Positions 41,934 to 60,760 of a stretch of DNA of 64,000 nucleotides are shown here, in pieces. Location of the stretch: assembly GCF_009914755.1 (NCBI RefSeq), contig NC_060941.1; one strand, written 5' to 3'. Within the stretch, counting starts at the first letter, position 1, and each line of letters opens with the position of its first letter. The position numbers and the translations under genes were made by a program. The stretch is from the human T2T-CHM13v2.0 reference genome, Homo sapiens. The notes under the pieces are model-generated. The model ran no database searches, had not been told where the DNA came from, and saw only the letters and a list, made by a program, of their open reading frames with translations.

Positions 41934-42493
41934 CTAGAAGGAGAACATAAGGGGCACTCAGTGACCCTCAGGGGTTCCACACAGGTCAGGTATTGGGGCT
42001 CTGTGACAACTGTTCACTAGAAATGAGACTGCTGAGTGAAGCCAGAGTATTTGGATACTTTTGAATCTATATTTTAAATTTGGTAAGCTTAAATAAGGTT
42101 ATGGTCTATGATTAATTATTACGTCAGAGTATTCTTCAAAAGGATCGCCTCCTATCACAAATGGAAGAATTTGGATTTAGTGATTACCATTTCGCATACT
42201 GTTTTGGCTCCAGGTCAAATTTTGTTTTCTTTGGGAAAAAGAAAATAGGGCCCTTTTATTCTTCAAGGAGGTTAATGTGGTATAAGCAATGAAATAGGAA
42301 AGGATTCTTTATTTTGGACATCCATCTGGCTGTAAGTAAAGATTGCTGTAGTTTGTGGGAGTTAGCCATTCGGCTAGAAACTGATGGCCTTTTCAGAACA
42401 TTGACATATTTGGGTAAATTTAGCTCATCCTTGCCACGTGGCTATAGCAAAGTCTAGGCTAAAACAATAAAAACTGAGCTAATTAACTACGGA

Positions 42494-43510
<1,017 letters not shown>

Positions 43511-44319
43511 CTAAATGTCTAAGATGAAGGAAAGGTTTCACCCATACAATTCATGCAAACTTTATTCTGCCAACTCCCCAAATGCTTTATTGCTTGAAAT
43601 ATGTAAGTAATAACTTCAACTATCTGTGCAAGGCTGGTCTTTCTGATTGTTGATAGAATATACTCAATGAATTTGTCAGTTTTAGGGGCTAAAATTTTTA
43701 TTTTCTAACTCTTGCTCTGTTTAAAACAGAGGCTTTGGGATTTAAAGCACTAAAAGATCCTTATGGAATCCTAAATTAAAACAAATGCAGGTTTGCTAGG
43801 GCTAAAAATGTTACGTTTCTGCATAAATTGGGTTCTCTGGAATCTGTCTTTAAAAAGCCTACTATTGTTTCTTACTTGAAAAAGGCAACAGTAGAGAACT
43901 ATTCTAATTTTTTTCGAACCAAACTCATCCTTAATTCACTACTTTGAAAAATGAGCTGTAAAAGAGAGAAACCCTTCAATTGCCAATTATGATCTCTCAT
44001 GGTGGGTTTTGTTGGGGCTGACTTGTTTAATCCTAGTGGCTGAATTATAACAAGTTTTGAGTTTGGGGCTAGGTTTTAATCAAAGCAGTAGATGTGAACT
44101 GACATAAAAACAAGCCTTTTTTTCCAATTAAAATTTTGCCAGATAACATCAAGAACATGAGGTCCCAAATTTGAAAATAAACTCAGTCTTATTTTTCTAG
44201 GACGGAAATTCTAAATCTTGAAAAAAAAGTATTATCTTGGTCAAAATAAGGAGTAAAAACATCACGACAGCACATAACTTTTACAAATCTTTACCGTTGT
44301 TCAATCTTTTAGAGATTTA

Positions 44320-44469
<150 letters not shown>

Positions 44470-44969
44470 GTGGGCCAATCAAGAGGAAAGTTGGATTTAA
44501 TAAATTTATCCCAAATGGCCAAAAAGTAGCCCCCAAACAATGATTTATATCCAGATCACAGTTTTTCATAATTTACAAACTGTACATCATTTGCTTGTCT
44601 CGTCTTTTGAATGGAAAGAGTGTGTGTGTTGGGAAAATAATCTTCTAATAAAGTTTACCAGAAGAAAATACTGATGGCTATAATTTTCTCACAAAAATTA
44701 AAAGGACATTTTTTATAGGGTGGGCTCTTCCTATCTGACTGTGTTGTTCTCCATGGGTGCAAGGATGGTGAGGAGATGATCATCTCCACTGAGGCAGACG
44801 GAGAGCAATTAGTGCCTTAATGGTCGTGTAATTAGCCCTAGAGGTCTCTGCTGTTGTAACCCTTCAGAACAAGAATGACAGATTGAAACCTTCCTACTTA
44901 ACTCTTTCTAGTTTCCACACTGGGCTCTGAGGAATGCACTTCCTAGACAAGGAATGCTCATTTCTCTCA

Positions 44970-45173
<204 letters not shown>

Positions 45174-45446
45174 TCACAGGCAAGTGGAGAAACATATGCA
45201 CAGATTAGATGCCTAGGGGAAAAGCTCATCTTTTAGACAATTACTGTTCACATTGGGATCAGTTGGGAGCTGCATTTCAAGGCAAGCCTAAGACTTACTT
45301 ATGAAATCTCCTCTGTAGAAGAGAAAAAGCACCCACTAGCAAGGCTATTTTAGGTATCATATTGAATCAGAGCAAAGAAACAAGAGCAGCTCTAGAAGTG
45401 CTTTCTAGATCTAAGTTTTTATATTACTATATTACTTGGTACTCCC

Positions 45447-45625
45447 TTTTTTTTTTTTTTTTTTTTTTAGACAGGGTCTTCTTGCTCTGTTGCTCAGGCT
45501 GGAGTGCAATGGTCCCATCATGGCTCACTGAAACCTTGACCTCCTGGGTTCAAGTGAGCCTGTCACCTCAGCCTTCAGAATAGCTGGGACTACCAGTGTT
45601 TGCCATTATGCCTGGCTAATTTTTT
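45447..45625 (-). mobile_element. Alu right arm
   Basis: poly-T followed by reverse right arm. Confidence 0.87.
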
Positions 45626-46231
45626 AGTATTCCTTTTGAATATAATCTCCTTTGAAAAAAGAGCCAGAAACTAAAGTCCTTACAAGGTGTTGAGGGCTAG
45701 AAATTCTCCTTTTTAAAGTCTTCATATGAGATATGGGATGGAATCGACTGGCTCAAGTGCGATGGTTGTGTTTGTATGCATTTCTATAGACTACCTGTTT
45801 ATTGTCTGAAGATACATTATTTTAAGCTGGAAATAAAAACTATGTCCTTTCATTTACCAAATTTGAACCCAATACAATAAGAAGATCTGCTCTTATTAAA
45901 AATGTTATGCAAAAATATACAAAAGATGGCTAAGAAGCAAATCACACAATTCAACTCCTACTTAGAAACTGAAGAAAAAGTATTTGGCTGACCTAGAACA
46001 CTGTGCTCTCTACAGTCTTTTTTTATTCATAGCATTTGCAATATGTTTGCCAAATGCATGGTGAGGCAGGAATAAAAAGCACTGAGTGAACAGCAATGCA
46101 GAGAGAGAGATACATCAGCATTATAGCAAAAATCAATGAAAGTAACCAAAAGTTCCAAATTCCACCACTTCATTTCTCACGTGGCTGCATTAGGAGAGTT
46201 TTCAGAAGAATGAAAAAAGCAGACTATTTAC

Positions 46232-46492
46232 CAGTATGGCTTCGCTTATGAACCATTAAGACATTGAAGCTGATGCAGGATAATCCACACACATCGCAGT
46301 TCATCTTTCCACTGGTTGGCCTGCTACTATCGAATGAGACAACATGTCTCTCCAACTTAATGTTTTCATATTCATTATATTCTCTTGAATAGCTGTAAGG
46401 GATTTCAGGCTCTTCTGCATTTCCCATGGGTTCTGACTTTAAAACATTCTCATCTCTTTCACTGTATTCATCTTTCACTTTCATTGAATCAT
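46232..46492 (-). CDS. IKZF3: IKZF3 (Aiolos) exon 4, 261 nt, includes zinc finger 1
   Basis: Acceptor ccctgcag|AT and donor ACTG|gtaaat; translates (D)[16 protein letters not shown]...[24 protein letters not shown](G). Confidence 0.97.
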
Positions 46493-47614
46493 CTGCAGGG
46501 AAGAAAATGCAAGAAATGAACAACGACTATACTTGAAGCTATCAAAGCAGCTCAAACAGCAGAGACCCACAACTGACAATTAAATACCAATCGAAGCTAA
46601 CAAAACACTGTACATCTACAAAACAAGAAAGCACCATTAGCGTGACCGCACGTTATTTAAATTCAGAACCACAGTCAGAGGAAAACACACATACTTACAC
46701 ACATAAAAATAGACGATAGTGTTTTAGGCTATCCAGAAAATTACAGATAATAGATTTTAGCTAAGTTTGCTCAAAGTGGCCATGAAACAAACATTGAGCA
46801 ACTCTTCTCCAGTACTAGGGGAGAGGAAGGGTTCTCAGATCTAGTACTGTTTTTGGTGGCTGCAGTTAAAAAGGCAAGGTGATGTACTCTTAGGTTTCAA
46901 GGAGAAAATATTGTTTGAATCCTTCAGATGCATCCAGTGTAAGCCATTAAGATTAAGAGTTGACTAGTTAACATAGTTTTTCTAATTTTAAGCCATGCAT
47001 TGCCTCTTCCCCTTCCACGTATATGAATTGCTAAAACACATCTTATCTCTGTCTCTCTTGGAGCTGATAAAGGCACAACATTGACTGTAGAGGAAGTTGT
47101 CAGTACTAATGAAAAAGTGTTGAGAAAGACAAAAGGAAAAGTAATTCTTTCATATAACCTAAGGAGTCACTTTCATCGACACAGGTAAGTGGGGCTCAAT
47201 CTAAATAAGGGGAAGGACCATTAGGTCCCAAGTTAGGGAGAACTAAACTCAAGGACTCAAGGATTGTGTAATAGGACTGGATAGGAGAGGAGGGACTGGC
47301 TCAAGTGAGTTGGCTGACCAAGTACTATCTTAAGAACTGCAATGTAAATGAATGAAATTTAAAAGAAGAGCTGTAATACTCTTCATGAAGAGCATAAGAA
47401 CATATGAAGAACGTGGGAAAAATATGAAGAACATAAGAAACAAAGAAGGCAAATTTATGTACTTGCACTGACACTAGTAAAACCTAAAAATTTGCCTGAT
47501 GTAAGAATAATAAACATTTGTAAGGGATTTTGCATATATAAAATATGCTATATAAATGCTTACTTTTTCAACCATTGGTCCTTAGAAATCAAAAGTTGTA
47601 CCTCCCCATGAGGA

Positions 47615-47770
47615 ATCACAAATCAATGGAGTGTAGGGCTGGAAGGGAATTTAAAGGTCATCTAATCCAACCCTCTTGTTTCTCAGATGAGGAAATCTGG
47701 GAGCAGAGATGTTTTTGGTCATTTGTCGAAGGTTACACATCCAGTTACTGGCAGAGGTGTGATTAGAATG
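47615..47770 (+). mobile_element. MIR
   Basis: ggctggaagggaatttaaaggtcatctaatccaaccctcttgtttctcagatgaggaaa...aaggttacaca. Confidence 0.78.
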
Positions 47771-48955
47771 CAAAACTTAAGCTTGAACTATCAATTACTT
47801 GGATTTGACCTCATGCACTAGACATATAAGGCCTAAGTGGGTTCTTACCAACTGTATTACACACCCTCCCATCAATGGTGTAAATGTTAAAACCCAAAAC
47901 AGTCTGAAAAAAGATATTTTAAAAAACTACATCCCTTCCAAAAAACATCAGTAAGTGTTGCTCCTCTTGCTACATAGGAGGAAGTACAACTGCAGCTGTG
48001 CCTGGCTTGCTACCTTCAACCCAAGTTTCAATTTTCACTTCTATCAAGGTTACCTTTCATCTATATTAACTGTGTTTGCTTAATAGAGCAAGACAGGGCC
48101 TAACCACCATCAGAGGAGCCAGGGCTGCCACACAGTTCCACTGCTTCCTACCACAGTTCATGGTTCACAACTTTTCACTCTTTGACTAGCAAAGATGTAG
48201 GGCTGTAGGATAAGTCCAACATGTTTCAAATTTGCCCACCCTATGGATCTGGATTATATAAGAAATGATATCTGTTTCCTACTTGGAAAGAGGTTTACTT
48301 CTTTCTCTGGATAGGTCTTCCCTGCTTTCAAGTGGAATTTGTTTGCTTAAGTGTTTATTTTTTATTTTTTTAAGAGAAGGATGCACCTGAGGCTTGTACT
48401 TGCCTCCCTTCCTCCATCACTCCAGCTGTGGGTAATATCCCACCAAAGCTTGAGTGCTCTTCAGTTTGCATGTAGGCGTTTAAAAGAACCTCAACGGAAA
48501 ATTTCAGCTACTTAAAACCAAAAACAGCAGATAGAAAAGGCCAGCAGAAAAGGATCCTTTCCATTTTGGTTAGAAAATGTGAACATGACCAGACTCAGGC
48601 CACTCCATGGTCACTGAACTTTAAAATGTAGTAAGATCAATGTGTTGAGTCTTTCTGAAAACAGAGGACATAAGAGAGCTGCTCCTTTCCCTCAGGATTT
48701 TGGCTTTAGTTGGCCTGACCTGGAATTCAATACGACACCATCCTGGCTCAAGAGCAGATCTTAGCTTTAGTCCTTTAGGAGTCAGCTATAGAGCAAGGAA
48801 GACAGTATTTGAGACCCAGGGACATAAGGACACAGGGACAGGGCATTAGAGAAGTCCTTTGGGCTTACATAGTTGCTGGTTTGCCTTTGGAGTCTTACCA
48901 GTTTTAGATGAATGACCTGGATGACCTCTCTGCATGGTTACTGGGGATTAGCAAC

Positions 48956-49281
<326 letters not shown>

Positions 49282-49307
49282 TAATATTCAACTCTGTTAC
49301 CTTCTCA

Positions 49308-49629
<322 letters not shown>

Positions 49630-50075
49630 AGAATTTAAGGTATGAATGAGATTCCTGAGAGATATTAGGCTTAGTACTCAGCCTCCAAACACAGTCCACC
49701 AAAACCAGGAAAGGCATTAGCCTGCTCTAATGAAGAGATTCATCCCATTCCCTGGAAGACTTATTGAAGCAGAGAAAAGGGGTGTTCTACTTAGAAAAAT
49801 TCTATTAGAAAATACTAATGAACATGTCTAAAATCAAACTTGTCATCTTTGAACCCAAACTTGCTTCTAATTTATGACTTATTTATGTTGACAAATGGCA
49901 TCACCCTTCTTCCAGTCTCCAAGCCATCAAACTGTGGAACCTTTTCTCTTTCAATTTCTACATCAAGTCAGTCTCCAAGATCTATCAACTCTATGTCTTC
50001 AGGCTCTCTAGGTGCCAACTCCTCTTTTCCTTTCCTTTTGCAATTTGGTTTCACCTTTCATCACATCATACCTAA

Positions 50076-50404
<329 letters not shown>

Positions 50405-50440
50405 TCAACATTCCTTTCTAGACAGATTTAAGACACAGGT

Positions 50441-50785
<345 letters not shown>

Positions 50786-50918
50786 TCAGAATTCTCTGTA
50801 ATATGGCTTCCGCCTCCACAATTCACTTAATCTGCTCCCTTGAATATCACCAACCATAATCTCCTGATTCCTAGATTCAGAGCCTTTTTGTATGCCACTC
50901 TCTCCAACTTCTTTGTAA

Positions 50919-51384
<466 letters not shown>

Positions 51385-51992
51385 TAACCTTCTTTTTTCT
51401 TCCCTCTACACCCCTCTTGTATGGCAATTTCATTCATTCTTAAGGCTTCGACTAACATCTTATATGATTAATTTCCATATATATAACTCCAGGTGTAACC
51501 TCTCTCCCTTTCTTTAGTCCTCTATTTCTGAAGGCTTCCTAGGTATCTTCCCAGTTACTCAGGCTAGAATCCTTAGAGTCATCTTTCCTTTCTCCTGATT
51601 GGGCCCCACATTCAATCATTCAGTGGTTCTATCTGTGTATCCAATCTCTAATCTGTTTCTCCACTCCTGTATTTTGCATGCCCATTACCTAATTCTCAGA
51701 CCCTATGACTTTCCCACGATCTACTTATTGCTGTAGCCCCCGCACTGTTCTCTTTGGCTCCCTTCTTTCTCCTTTCCAGCCCGTCTTGTTTGTTGCTACA
51801 AGATTGCTCTTCCTAAATTCTACCTCTGGTCATGTCATAGCCCTGTCAAAATTCTTCAATATTTTCCACTGCCAACAAAATAAAGTCCAAACTCAGAAAC
51901 AAATAATTTAAAAGGCCTTTCGGGATCTGGCCCCAACCTATCTTTGGCATATTAATTTTGACTAGTTAGATCTTTAACTAAAGAGCTTCTAA

Positions 51993-52379
<387 letters not shown>

Positions 52380-52540
52380 TTAAAGGTCAAACTAATATGC
52401 TGTCTCCTGGCTACTATGCCTTCTCTGATCAACCCAGCTGGAAAATAGCCTGCTCCTTCTTCCTGGGTTACTTATGAACTCACCTCCCCTAGTCTCCCCA
52501 ATAAATATGTAAACTAGCTGAGGGCAGAAGCTATACAGAT

Positions 52541-52548
52541 TGTGTGTG

Positions 52549-52581
<33 letters not shown>
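52541..52581 (+). repeat. (TG)n microsatellite
   Basis: About 20 TG units with one CG interruption. Confidence 0.95.
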
Positions 52582-52599
52582 TTAACTCAGTATTCCCTA

Positions 52600-52770
52600 T
52601 GACACTGCTTAACCTGTATCTGTAAGACCAGAGGTTATGTGGTTTTAAAATAGAAAATTTGGGGCTCCTACCATAGATCTACTAATCTGGGGGTGGAGAC
52701 TGGAAATGTTCATTTAAAACCATGCTCTCCAGATAAACCTTATGCACAATGGAGTTTGAGAGCCACTGCC
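52600..52770. mobile_element. MER5-family relic
   Basis: ctgggggtggagactggaaatgttcatttaaaa...ttatgcacaatggagtttgagagccactg. Confidence 0.6.
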
Positions 52771-53084
52771 TCGAGTTAGATGCAGTGCCCTACATAAAGT
52801 AGACATCCCATAAATTCCTGGTGTATGAATATATCATTGCATTAGCCTCCTAACTGGCCCACGGTACATGTGACCTCTGTTATACTGCATCCTATTGCCA
52901 GAATAATCATGCTGTAGCAAAGAAACTCTTATTTAAAACTTTCAATGATTTCATTTGCTTATAGAATAAAGTCCAAACTCCTTAATGAGGTATTCAAGCA
53001 CCTGTCCAGAACTTGCCCCAGGACTACTTAATCATCTCATTTCTCAGTCTTCTTGAATCACCTTTCTCTCTATACTAGAACTTT

Positions 53085-53245
53085 ACTATGCAAAGTGAGG
53101 TCCTTGGATAAGCAGTTCTGCAACCGCCTGGGAGCTTGTTAGAAATACAGGTGCTCAGGCCTCAACCTAGACCTACTGGACCAGAATTTGCATTTTAACA
53201 AGATCCTCAAGGATTCTTATGCACATTAAAGTCTGAGAAGCACAG
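53085..53245. mobile_element. MER5A relic within L2 sequence
   Basis: cctgggagcttgttagaaatacag...agacctactg...gcattttaacaagatcc...atgcacattaaagtctgagaagcac. Confidence 0.78.
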
Positions 53246-55505
53246 CAGCAACATGACTAATCACAGTTCTTCAAGCCTCTTCTCCAGCCTTTCCCACACC
53301 TAAAATATCCTTCTACCATTTCAATAGTGTATTCAAACTTCCACATGCAGTTTAAATGCCACTTCTTCCATGAAGTCTTCCTTGATACCCTTAACTAGAA
53401 AAAAAATTATGTTTCTTTGTTCTCATACATCCGTCTTATTCTGCTTTATATTTAGTATGATATAATTACATTGCTACAGATCCGCTTTTATGTAGTTGAT
53501 GTGTTCATAAAATGTTTCATGCAAAACCAATAACACTGTCCCGCTGATTAACATTCTACATTCAGAAATGTTTATTTTGCCCTGATTTCAGTTGTCAGTG
53601 ACTGGCAACACCCGTTCATTTAATAAAGGCAGAAAATCTTAAAGACCTGGCAACAAATACTTGAATATATTTGGGGAACTGCCTGATAGTATCCTGAAGT
53701 CTTTTGTAAAGTGAATAAACCTTTTATAGTATGAATAATCTCATGTTTTGGTTTTGTAAATTCTAATCTTCTTATAATATATATCAGGTTTCTTAGACAT
53801 ACATCTTAAGTTGACACTTAGAAGACTATCAAGAAGCCTCATAGACACTGGTGAAAGTTTATTTCTTAAGTCAGGTGGTGGGTGTATGGATGTTTTCTTA
53901 TTATTCTTTAATCTATACATGTAATTATACTTGCCTTTTTGTACATATGATCTATTTTATAATAAAAAAAGTTAAAGGCTTCCTGAATACCTTTTTTATA
54001 ACTGAACTTGTGGAGAAAAGAATATACCAAACCACAAATTGCTGATAAAGGTAATTGCTATACATTCCCAGAGGCAGGGAAAAGATGTCTAAATTGAATC
54101 TAACCCATAGGAAATTAGATTAAACTAAACTTTCTAAAGGAGCTACTCTAGGGTACAATTGCTCCCATCTTTGTCTATGTTTTCAGGCCTCTTAGGAAGA
54201 TGACACACACGAACACACACACACACCCCAGAGAGAATTTTGTAGGCTGAAGAGAACAAAGGTTTGGCTCACTGGGGCTGATGCACATGGTTTCATTTCC
54301 TGGGGTGATGGTTATCACATGAAAGGCTTGTACTCCAGAGCAGACATTTTTGGTTTCACCTGAGACACTGCAAAAACAATGGGTCCTGGAAAGGATCCAA
54401 CATCTAAATCCTTCAGGGGCAATAGCAGTCTCAGCCAACTGTGCCTCAGTTTGTTTTTACAGGCACATAAAATGCTCAGTTGGAGAGAAGAACCTATCAA
54501 AGATGGCAAACAGAATAGACAACTTGGGTATCTTGGAGAGCATGTTGATACTAGGAATTTCCCAGTGGAAAAAAGAGATTCTGAATTTCCACCTTAAACT
54601 ATGAGATCTCAGAATCCAACTCTACGAAGGACAAAGTTGGAAGTAATATCCTCAGGTCTGCCGGAGATATTGTGAGAAGGGACAAAACAAGATAGAGGCT
54701 GTTAGGGAAGGCACAAAAGGGTGATGTTATTTAAGTGTTTTACAAGGATCGGGGGTCATAACCATGAAATCTTCAGCAAATGCAAAAGTCAACTGGATAA
54801 CAAAGAAGCTTAATCATCTTAATGTGGCATTTTAATGATGCCACTGATTTGCTATGCCAATTCAGAGATAATGAGGCCCTAATGCTACAGATGTTCAGCC
54901 AGGCTAAAAGAAAGGGGGTGGGGGGGGGCTTTTCTAGCACGCCATTTTCTAACTATCCAATTAAACAAATTGTGAAAGCATCTAAATAGTTTACCAGGTT
55001 TTGACAGCTGTTAATAGGATTTAGAAGCTTGAAGCACTAAAGAGCAAAATGGGAAATATATGTATTGTAGGTATTCAGTCTACAAAGTTTGTTACTGTCG
55101 CCCAATCTAGCACAAACAGATGAACTAGAACAGTTTTCCTTATAAAATTAATGTCTATACTTCTCTCCCACAATGACCTCTTTGTATTAGGAAGAAGAAC
55201 ACTGAAACGATGGGTCATTTTCATTTTCTAATTTACATTTTTGCATGTAAAGTAATGAGAGAGAGAAACCGATGATATTTTTAGAACTAAAGAGTAAGGA
55301 AAGTTTTAATATTTGCTAACCAGTAAAATTATAAAGCTTCAATGCAAACTAAACTTTTGGTCATTGATTTATAAAATCTATTATGTTTTCTTTTTTTCTC
55401 TTTTAAAATTTAAAATAATGGACGTCTGTTAATTTTGAAAATGCCTATTTTTAAATTAGGAAAAAACTGGAAAAGGTAAATCAGGCTAACAAGAGATGAA
55501 ATACT

Positions 55506-55850
<345 letters not shown>

Positions 55851-55884
55851 CTATAGATTTAAGTTCTCATTGAAATACATTTTT

Positions 55885-56190
55885 GGCCAGGTGCAATAGC
55901 TTACATCTGTAACTCCAGCACTTCAGGAGGCAGAGGTGGGAGGATCGCTTGGGCCCAGAAGTTTGAGACCAGCCTAGGCAACAAAGTAAGACCCTGTCTC
56001 TACAAAAAATCAAAAAATTAGCCGGATGTGGTAGTGTGTGCCTGTTGTCCCAGCTACATAGGAGGCTAAGGCAGGAGATTCCCTTGAACTCAGGAGGTCA
56101 AGGCTGCAGTGAGCTGTGTTCATGCCATTGCACTCTAGCCTGGGAGACAGAGCGAGACCCTGTCTCAAAAAAAAAAAAAAGAAAAAAAAT
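55885..56190 (+). mobile_element. Alu (AluJ-like)
   Basis: Dimer. Confidence 0.93.
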
Positions 56191-56204
56191 TAAAGTCATG
56201 AGAA

Positions 56205-56401
56205 AATAGCCAGGTATGGTAGAATACCTGGGAATAGCTGGGAATACAGCATGCCTGTAGTCCCAACTACTCAAGAGGCTGAGAAGGGAGGATCACCTGA
56301 GCCTGGAGAGGTCCAGGCTGCAGTGAGCTGTGATCATGCCACTGTACTCCAGCCAGCCTGGGCAACAGAATGAGACCTGTCTCAAAAAAAAAAAAAAAAA
56401 A
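56205..56401 (+). mobile_element. Alu right arm with small local duplication
   Basis: gaatacctgggaatagctgggaatacagc insert, then right arm and poly-A. Confidence 0.85.
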
Positions 56402-56979
56402 GAATCTAAACTGGCCATCAGTAAATCACATCACTTCAAACACAAGAGCATTAGCATGTAAAAAGTTTCATTTGCAAAGGAACTACCCTCAATTTTACTA
56501 ATAACATTAATTTTTGCCTTATCTGACTATCAAATAGCTCATTCATGGGCATAATAATAAAAATAATTTTGCTTAATAATTTCAGTGCAATTCTTTGCTT
56601 CCCCATTAGAAGAAGAGGAGATTTACTACTTTTACAACAGAAATACACTATACATCAGCAGTAGGTAAGGTTCCAGCTGCTCAGCTGGGCTAAGCTCTTC
56701 AAATGTCATGGGGCCAGGTATAATTCTTTATCTAGAATTGTGAGGACTGAAGGCCATGATGTATGAAAGGTCTTTCTAAACTATAAAGAGTCTACAAGTA
56801 TATTGTTTCATTTCTGCCCATTATAACAATTACTTTTTCTATTGATTATTTTCATCTATGTATTAAACTCTTTTGTATTTATATTTTTGAGAAATAACTG
56901 CTACCCATCAAAAAACAATGGATGAAATACATTTAAAGAGGCTGAAGTTTTAGATGTTGCCTAAACAAGCATAGACTAA

Positions 56980-57406
<427 letters not shown>

Positions 57407-57716
57407 TTAAAGCATGTTAAAATACAATTCTTAGTAAAATTCAAAAACTGTCATCCAAATACAATTGGCTAAAAAACATTCTGACTGTCACAATACCAAA
57501 CTCAGGGTCACAGGTAAAGGAAGGAATGAAAAAGTCTTCTATATCCAGAGCATAAGTAGTTCTTGGTGTATATAGCATGTTTTGTGTTATATCACAATTA
57601 GTGTATTTATCTCCCATATAGACTAGGAGTATTTTCAAGGTGGGGACCAGGTTTAAATAATATTTGTGTCCCCAGAACCTAACAAGGGCCTCGTTACTTT
57701 AGAAATTGAATGAATG

Positions 57717-58082
<366 letters not shown>

Positions 58083-59611
58083 CTAGGCCAGGCAGAGAAG
58101 AAGTAGTAGATCACAATAGACCCCTAACTTGTCTACAAGATTCTGATGCTGTCATGCAGTATGTAGTTTCTCTTAATGCATCAGAATAAGGTCCATGGCC
58201 CACAGTGATAGCCAGTCATCTAGTTGACTTCTTTGCCCATTGTGGTCTGGCTTCTGCCCTTCCTGCTCCACCATTTTGCAATAGGATGCCACTGGCCAGT
58301 CCCTGCTTTTTAAATCTCTTTCCTTGGCTTATTCTTTGCTGGTCCTACTCCTACCTCACTTATTTACTTATATCCTCTGTTTATTCCTCTTTCTCTATCT
58401 CCTAGATGTGAATTATTTCCTAGGGCCTATTTCTTGAAACTTTTGCCTTTTCACTTTACATACTCTGTCTCCTGATCCAAGTTTTTATTGCTGTTGACTC
58501 TCAAATTTTTATTTCCGGTAGACCTGGAAAGCCATAGACATATACTTCCTGACATGTACAATCACTTCCTGAATTTCCAACACTTATCTCACACTCAACA
58601 AGTTGCAAACAAGCTCCTTATCTCTCCCATTTCTTCTCCGCTTTTCCTATAATATTCCCCGTTGTCCTCTCTACATAGTGGCTGTTTGATGTCAACGTCT
58701 GTATATTATGCTGCTTCTATCAACATTTAGCACTGATACAGAGCTCAGTGACTACTTACCAAACAAACAAGGAAGTAAGGAAGGAAAGAAGATAAGAAGG
58801 AGGAAAGGAAAGCGTGAACAACTATACTATTATTTGCTTCAAGTACAAAATTAGGGTTGACAGTGTTTTTAAAAATTGTACAGATTGCAATTTTGCCTAA
58901 AGCTAGCATATTAGCCGAAGACAGAGGGAAAAAATAAATTGTTATTTCTAACTCAAGGTATAACAATCAGACCCAAAGCGTATAAAGGATTCTTGGATGA
59001 GAAGGAAATGAGTATAAGGATTAAGAATTAGAAGACTCTTGTTCTTTTTAGCATTACATTAAAATACAAAATAAAAATTAACATTTACCATCTGTAACAT
59101 ATTATTTAGACTTTTACCCATCTCTGGTTCTTCCCTTCCTTCTTCCCTGGTTCTCAAATAATGGAATTAGAGCACTGAGAAATAATAGAAGAAACTCAGC
59201 ACTGACTTCTCCTGGGTGAATGTACAACATTAAAAGCACACAAGGGAATGAGCTATCTTGTCACTGGAACATGTTCATCCCTGGGGATAAAGTGTAACAA
59301 CTGCTTAACAGCTGCCCAGTAACATACTTCAAGGCTGCAAGCAAAGATGCATCCTAGCTCTACTGGAAACTGCAGAGGGAATATTGTCTGGCAGAATAAA
59401 ACTAGAATAGAATCTGGCCAACAAACTGCAATCTATGTCCTTTCTATTTCAAACAGCAGCTTCTAATGATCACAGAGAGGTTTCTACTAACAATATTCAA
59501 GTAATATTGGATGGGTATTGGTAATTACAGGGAAGGAACAATATGGTATTTAACTTATTTTTTTCCACTGAAAATAGAGTTGAATGACTTCTTTTTTTTT
59601 AAGTTTCTGAT

Positions 59612-59822
59612 AAAAGAGCATGGGCTTTGGAGTAAGACAGAACCCAGGTTCAAGTTGTACTAACTAGCTGTGTGACCTCAGCAAGTAATTTGACTTCCGT
59701 GAATTTTCTCATTTGTGTTGCAGTAATGATAATATCTATACCTAATAGGGCTGTTACAGTAATGAAATTAAGCAAAATAATGTATATATAGGCGTAGCAT
59801 AGTAGCTGGCACATAATATGTT
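59612..59822 (+). mobile_element. MIR
   Basis: agagcatgggctttggagtaagacagaacccaggttcaag...ctagctgtgtgacctcagcaag. Confidence 0.82.
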
Positions 59823-60240
59823 CATGACCTTGAGACAGGCAAAGATTTCTTAGATACAGCACTGAAAACATGATTCATAAATGAAAATATCCTGCAACTC
59901 AGTAAGACAAATAATCCAATTTTAAAATGCACGAAAGTAGTCTTTAGCTTTTCTAAGGTAATAAATAAAATTTTTAAAACGCACAAAAGATGTGAATTAA
60001 CATTTCACCAGGAAATTATATGAATGGACAACAGACCAATGAAAAGATGCTCATCATCCTCAGTCATTAGAGAAGTGTGAATTAAAACCATAATGAGATT
60101 CCACTTCACACCTGCTAGAATGGCTACTATAAAAAAGACACAATAAAGAGCGCTGGCAAGGATGTGAAGAAAATGGAACCCTCATCCGTTGCTGGTGGGA
60201 GTGTAAAATGATACAGTCATTTTGGAAAACAGTTTGGCAG

Positions 60241-60760
60241 TATGGTGGGCAGCCTTCTAAAACGGCTCCTAGCATTCACACCCTTGTGTAATATTCCCCT
60301 CCAGTGTGGGCTGGACCTAGGTGATTGCTTCTAATGAAAAAAACATGGAAAAGTGATGGAAGGTGTCTCTTCTGTGTTTAGGTTATAAAAGACTGTGACT
60401 TCCATCTCTCTCTCTCTTTCTCTCTGTGGTGTTTCTTGCAAGCTTCTCAGATGAAGTAAGCTGGAGAGCAAGGAGCTGAAGGCAGTGTCTGGCCAACCTC
60501 CAGTGAAGAAACGAGGCCTTCAGTCTAACAGCCTTCAGGAACTGAATCCTGACAACAACCACATGAGTGAGCTTGGAAACTGATCCTTCCCTAGTCAAGT
60601 CTTTAGATGAGACCACAGTTCAGGTCAGTATCTTGTTAGCAGCCTTGGGAGAGACTGAAGCAGAGGACCCAGATATGCTGTGCCTGTATTCCTGAGATAA
60701 TATGTTTTAAGTTGCTAGGGTTTGGGGTCATTTGTCACACAGCAATCAATAACTAATATA
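60241..60760 (+). mobile_element. MLT1-family (ERVL-MaLR) solo LTR
   Basis: Starts tatggtgggcagccttctaa; internal ggaactgaatcctgacaacaaccacatgagtgagcttgga; ends ttttaagttgct...tttggggtcatttgtcacacagcaatcaataactaata. Confidence 0.8.

Noticed and set aside
45746-47307. Exact 14-mer GACTGGCTCAAGTG on both sides of exon 4 (45746-45759, 47294-47307)
   Set aside because: Several 14-mer repeats are expected by chance in 64 kb; no further similarity around them.
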